64,000 bases of DNA. It comes from Eledone cirrhosa. Taxonomy: Eukaryota. Positions 58,174 to 64,000 of this stretch are shown piece after piece. The position numbers and the translations under genes are program-made. The notes under the pieces were generated by a model. It was not told where the DNA came from. It saw only the letters and a list, made by a program, of their open reading frames with translations, and searched no databases. The stretch is from assembly GCA_964016885.1 (NCBI GenBank), contig OZ024763.1, positions 22,320,001-22,384,000 of the forward strand, read 5' to 3'. Positions within the stretch are counted from its first letter, which is position 1, and each line of letters opens with the position of its first letter.

Positions 58174-58269
58174 AATATGGTTTTATAAATATTGTTTCCA
58201 TTTATTTAATATCATTAATATATATATATATATATATGGCTTCTTGCTACAATACTTTCTATACCTTTC

Positions 58270-58313
<44 letters not shown>

Positions 58314-59609
58314 CTAAAAGTCTGTGATTGTTTGCTTGTCTGTAATGTAATACAGCCAAAAGGGTGCATAATGGGAAAATACTTTGAAAGGAAGTTGACC
58401 CTGAAATGGGAATACAAATGGAATAAAACAAGTTTCGTGTAAATTGGACCACGGGTCCCCGAGATATGGGAGTTTTCCGGGTACCTTCATAAACAGAGAG
58501 AGAGAGGGAGAACGATAGAGAGAAAGAATAGTGGTTGTGAGAGAGTAGATTGAGAGAGTTGATGGTGTTGTTGTGTATATATATATATATATGAGTGTGT
58601 GTGTGTGTATATATATATGTGTGTATGACCAGTGTATATAGATCAGACACCCACATATATATATATACACACACACATATATATATATGTGTATACATAC
58701 ACATACACATATATATATATAGTAATATACGTGAACGGCAAAGCATAAGTGAACTAAGTGAGAAATTAGGAATAAGAGGGATCAGAAGCTGTTTACTCGA
58801 GAGAAGACTACGTTGGTAGGGCCACGTGATGCACATGAAAGACGACAGCTGTATAAAAAAGTGCAGGGCGATCAAAATTGATGGTAGTTATGGAGTAGGT
58901 AGACCCAGAAAAACCTGGGACAATCTGATAAATTCCGACCTTACACACTTGCACCTCTGTAAAACAATCTCACTGGACCGATATCTTTGCGCTACGCAGT
59001 AATACAGAAGACCCGCCTTGCCTATGTACAAAGCGAAACCTACAGTCAGTAGGCACCTCTTAACCAAATATACACCCCAATCCACTACCCCTACCCTCCC
59101 ACTCCCTCCAACACCACCTTCTCTCTATAAAGTTGGTACCACAACATCCAGTCCAAATAAATGAGATAAATGAGATCGAGATCGTGTAGGTGTCACGAGA
59201 AAAAACACACAGCCCATGCTGTAATGTGGCCGTGTAGGTAACACGGTAAAAAGTTCCCAGTTCCACACTGTAAATGTGGTTGGTGTTAGGAAGGGCATCC
59301 AGCCATAGAAAACCTGCCAGATAGTCCTATATGAGCGAGACACAGTCATCCGACCAAACCTTACCTCAAGTGGGACAACTCCCGTCTAACCCATGCTAGC
59401 ATGGAAAGTGGACGTTAAACGAAGATGATGATGATGATGATGATATATATATAGGAGGTGAGTTTTATTGTAGCACAATAAAGCAATGCAAATATCGGAT
59501 AAGTAGCACTCTACAGTTTGTAAGACTGGAGTATAAATAATATAAGATCAAAAGATGGTTAAAACTTCACTATTCACAAGTGTTTTTTAAGCTTCATATC
59601 ATGTCTCCC

Positions 59610-59680
59610 TATTTTATCTGATGAGAACGCAGATATCATCCCATGATGATATTTGTTTTTGAAATACGCATAATAAAATA
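59610..59680 (+). ncRNA. Minimal type-I hammerhead ribozyme
   Basis: TATTTTAT-CTGATGA-GAACGCAGATATCATC ccat GATGATATTTGTTTTT-GAAA-T ACGC A-TA^-ATAAAATA. It has a perfect 8-bp stem I and about 15-bp stem II. Predicted cleavage after 59672. Confidence 0.85.
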
Positions 59681-61182
59681 CTTGGAACTCTTTTAACCAT
59701 CTTATATTATATATATATACATACACACATATATATATGGGCCTTCCAGTTTCATTTCACATTATATACATGTCTGTGTATATTTTAAATATTTAAAAAT
59801 TATTTTTAAGTGAGCATGATTTTAAAAAAATATTTTGAAGTGAACGTGACTCAACGGGTCACAGGTGGGCTATATATATATATATAATTGTAGCTATATA
59901 TAAATATATATATATATCGTGTGGGTAACAGTAAATATTACCCAATTACAAGTATGAAAATAGCTCAATGTAAAATAAAAAGTATACAACAGATCCGAAA
60001 TACAATGTCATTTACATTGTGTGTATCATCATCATCATCATCATCATCATCGTTTAACATCCATCTTCCACGCTAGCATGGGTTAGACAGTTTTGTTCCA
60101 TTTGATGTAGAGACCATGTCTCGCTCGCACGGAAGCGTCTCTGGCAGGTTTTTTACAGCTGGATGCCCTTCCTAACACCAACCACATTTACAGTGTGGAC
60201 TGGGAGCCTGTGTATATATATATATCTTATCATCATCATTTCATTTTACGTTCGCTTTTCCCTGCTTGCAAGGGTGGGACGGGAACTGATTCTGGCTTGA
60301 TTTTTACAGCTGGATGCCCTTCCTAACACCAACCTCATTTACAGTGAGTGTTGGGTGCTTTTTTTCCGTGGCGCCTACACGTCCACTTTACAGTGTGGGC
60401 TGGGTGCTTTTTTGCCGTGGCACCTCCACGACCACTTTGCAGTGGAATGATAGGGACCCCAGTCCCTATCATCTCATTTCTACAGCTGAGTAAACTGGAG
60501 CAATGTGAAATAAAGTGTCTTGCTCAAGGAAACAACACATCACCCGGTCTGAGAATTGAACTCACAACCTTTTGATTGCAAGGCCAATGCTCTGACCACT
60601 AAGCCATGTACCTCCATATAATATTGAGTATAAACTGAAGTTGTAGCCGTAATATAGCAGATACTAATTGAATTGTTTGAGGTGGTCTGGTCACAAAGCA
60701 TTCAATGGAGCGAGAAGTTAATACATTTTTGTCCAGAGTAAACACAAAGTTAATAGAGTGTGACACCAAGAAAAGCGACCAGAAGTAGTGGCCATACTTA
60801 TACCACAACAATGATAAATACAAATAGGTTGTAGACTAACCTATATATATATAGAGAGAGATGAGTTGAGAGAGAAACTGTGTATAAGAGGGATAGGCTG
60901 TAGTGTGCGGGAGAGAAGACTGCGTTGGTATGGACATTTGATGTGCATGGAGGATGACTGCTGGGTAAAGTGCCAAGAAATCCCAGTAGAAGGAAGGTGC
61001 AGTCGAGGAAGACCACGAAAAACATGGGCGGAGGTGGTGAGAGCAGACGTCAGATCGCTAAAGCTCATGGAGGAGATGACAAAGAACCGTGACGAATGGA
61101 GAGATACAGTGCATAATAAGACGCATCCCACCCTTGCAAGCAGGGAAAAGCGGACGTAAAATGATGATGATGATGATGATGG

Positions 61183-61215
<33 letters not shown>

Positions 61216-61917
61216 CATCATCATCATCACCATTTAACAACTATTTTCCATGCTTGCATAAGTTAGACAGGTCATCCACATCATGAAACTAGTCTGGCCA
61301 GATTGGCCGTGCCTACCATACCTTGCACAGATGGAACTGTAAATTTGGCCGGGAATTTTACAGCTGGATGCCCTTCCTAACACCAACCACATTTACAGTG
61401 TAGAACTGGATGGCACCATTATGAGGAGAGACACACTAGTTGGCTGTGCCATACCCTGCTGACAGCGGAACCATAGTTTGGGAGCCGTAACCACATTTAG
61501 TCTTGAAAACCTCCTGTTTTGGGTCCTCACATTCTAATATATGCTTAAGCTTTTCATTTTCTGTATATATATATATATATATTTAATGTATAATAAACGA
61601 TACAATATAATTACCTCATTACCAGAGGTTTCCCGAATAAGACAGATACAAGAAACGTACGCATTCGTTCTTCAGACAAGGCAATTTAAACATAGTGAGA
61701 TATTTGAAAAATCTCCTCAAGAAAGGCTAAAGAAGATTAACGGGCAACAAATTAGCATTCCGTTCTCACCGCAGCCATAGACGGGTTGAAAATCCGCTCA
61801 GTGAAACACGTGCCCTTGAGTATGTTTTGGTAATTTATTGTGAAACTAACTCTATACCGAACTCATCCACTAGACTGAGTGCCTACTTACTACGAATATA
61901 ACCTCCTGGATTTTTGC

Positions 61918-61947
<30 letters not shown>

Positions 61948-61953
<6 letters not shown>

Positions 61954-62190
61954 ATACTTTGGGAGGGTAATGTTGCCAATAAGAAACACACGAACCAGTT
62001 GCTTTCACTCCAATTTATTATAAATTTAAAAAATTTATAAATTTCCGGTTGGTTGGTTCCACAACCGGACGGTTGTTCATATATTGTCAGTTCTTTCGTC
62101 ACACATTCTGTGACCTCTTCAGTGACTGGGGATTCTTTTCTTTGTTTTGTGCCTCTCCTTTGTTCTGTCCTACGCCATCTTATTTTTGTA
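61948..62190 (-). mobile_element. Solo copy of the Penelope 3' terminal repeat
   Basis: Highly similar to 5933-6195; abuts (TA)n. Confidence 0.8.
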
Positions 62191-62711
62191 TGTATGTATA
62201 TATATATATACATACATACACATGGTGTGAGGGATATTTGAGGGCATGTTTGGTAAAATATACTGAAAATGCAGTGTCCTCAGATATTCCCCACCGTGCA
62301 CCCTGTATATAAATACAGAGAGGGAGATTTGACAGAGAACTGAATGGATGGACGGACACACAAACATGACACAGATTTGGGCAGGTAGATGATATCGAGA
62401 GAGACATACACAGCTGCAGAGACAAGAATACACACACACTAACACACATGCAATGACAGAAAGTAACTGGAAAAAGTCAAAATAGCATTACAAGATGACA
62501 GAAGAAGATGGATAAGAAGAAGTAAACAGGAGAAGCGGGAGAAGATGGAGAAGGAAACAGAAGAAGAAAAAGAAAAAGGAGACAAGAAGAATAAAGAAGG
62601 TGGAGAGGAGCTAAAGCTAAGCCTAAGAGTTTTATCTATGTGAATAAGTGAAGCAGAAATCCTGTGAGATTGTGTGAAACATCCAGCTGATAATTCTAAA
62701 ATGGATTACTG

Positions 62712-62746
<35 letters not shown>

Positions 62747-62788
62747 ACATATACACACATACACACCTGTATATATGCACATACAGAT

Positions 62789-62849
<61 letters not shown>

Positions 62850-62965
62850 ACACACACACACATTATAAATAATTATATATATATATATATATGTGTATAT
62901 ATATATATACACACACATATACACATGTATATCTGCACATACACAGATACACACACACACATAAA

Positions 62966-63025
<60 letters not shown>

Positions 63026-63208
63026 TACACAGATACACACACACATATATATATACAACATACACACACACACACTACACTCCTGCAAAAGCCAAACTTT
63101 AGCTGGTCTTGTTTTTAGGTTAAATTTCCAGGGTCAAATATTACATGGATGTTACTGGTTTTGAAATTTAAACTACAATCCAAGATACTGCATCAATAAA
63201 CAAGTCCT

Positions 63209-64000
63209 GTGGTGGTGGTGTTGTTGCTGGTGGTGGTAATGGTGGTAGTAGTAGTGGCGGTTGTGGTGATGGTGGTAGTAGTAGTGTTGGTTGCAGTTGT
63301 GGTGGTGGTGGTGATGGTGGTGGTAGTAGTAGTGTTGGTTGCGGTTGTGGTGATGGTGGTAGTAGTACAGATAGTGGTGATGGAGGTGTTGGTTGTGGTG
63401 TAGGTCATAGTGGAGGTGGTGGTGGTAGTAGTAGTGTTGGTTACGGTTGTGGTGGAGGTGATGGTGGTAGTAGTACAGATAGTGGTGATGGAGGTGTTGG
63501 TTGTGGTGTAGGTCATAGTGGAGGTGGTGGTGGTAGTAGTAGTGTTGGTTACGGTTGTGGTGGAGGTGATGGTGGTAGTAGTACAGATAGTGGTGATGGA
63601 GGTGTTGGTTGTGGTGTAGGTCATAGTGGAGGTGGTGGTGGTAGTAGTAGTGTTGGTTACGGTTGTGGTGGAGGTGATGGTGGTAGTAGTACAGATAGTG
63701 GTGATGGAGGTGTTGGTTGTGGTGTAGGTCATAGTGGAGGTGGTGGTGGTAGTAGTAGTGTTGGTTACGGTTGTGGTGGAGGTGATGGTGGTAGTAGTAC
63801 AGATAGTGGTGATGGAGGTGTTGGTTGTGGTGTAGGTCATAGTGGAGGTGGTGGTGGTAGTAGTAGTGTTGGTTACGGTTGTGGTGGAGGTGATGGTGGT
63901 AGTAGTACAGATAGTGGTGATGGAGGTGTTGGTTGTGGTGTAGGTCATAGTGGCGGTGGTGGTGGTAGTAGTAGTGTTGGTTACGGTTGTGGTGGAGGTG
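63209..64000. repeat. (GGT/GTA)-rich repeat with 108-bp higher-order period, running off the window end
   Basis: GTACAGATAG recurs at 63365, 63473, 63581, 63689, 63797 and 63905. Confidence 0.93.

Noticed and set aside
63193-63948. Thr-rich mucin-like 251-aa ORF with 36-aa repeats
   Set aside because: It is a 108-bp tandem of ACC/ACT triplets with no signal peptide, domain or convincing splice sites. Similar tracts occur elsewhere in non-coding DNA.

Overview
AT-rich, repeat-dense animal genomic DNA. An invertebrate, probably an octopod cephalopod, is my inference from the SINE, RTE-LINE, Penelope and microsatellite landscape. Two convergent genes are identifiable. (1) A complete 3-exon XBP1 gene lies on + (10856-24509). 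It has a recognisable IRE1 bifurcated stem-loop and a predicted 20-nt non-spliceosomal intron (22477-22496). This gives two overlapping products: XBP1u (403 aa, ending in a conserved ribosome-arrest peptide) and XBP1s (636 aa, acidic transactivation domain). (2) Five 3' exons of a PPM1E/PPM1F-type PP2C phosphatase lie on - (56266 to 40823). The rest is a decayed Penelope-like element, a DD37D Tc1/mariner relic, MITEs, SINEs, RTE 3' fragments and tandem repeats. Three signals are not explained by this annotation: a 27-nt copy of the 5' arm of the IRE1-substrate closing stem about 1 kb downstream of the XBP1s stop; several well-formed minimal type-I hammerhead ribozymes in introns of both genes; and a 41-bp near-perfect hairpin downstream of XBP1. 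Most long ORFs in the supplied track are microsatellite artefacts.
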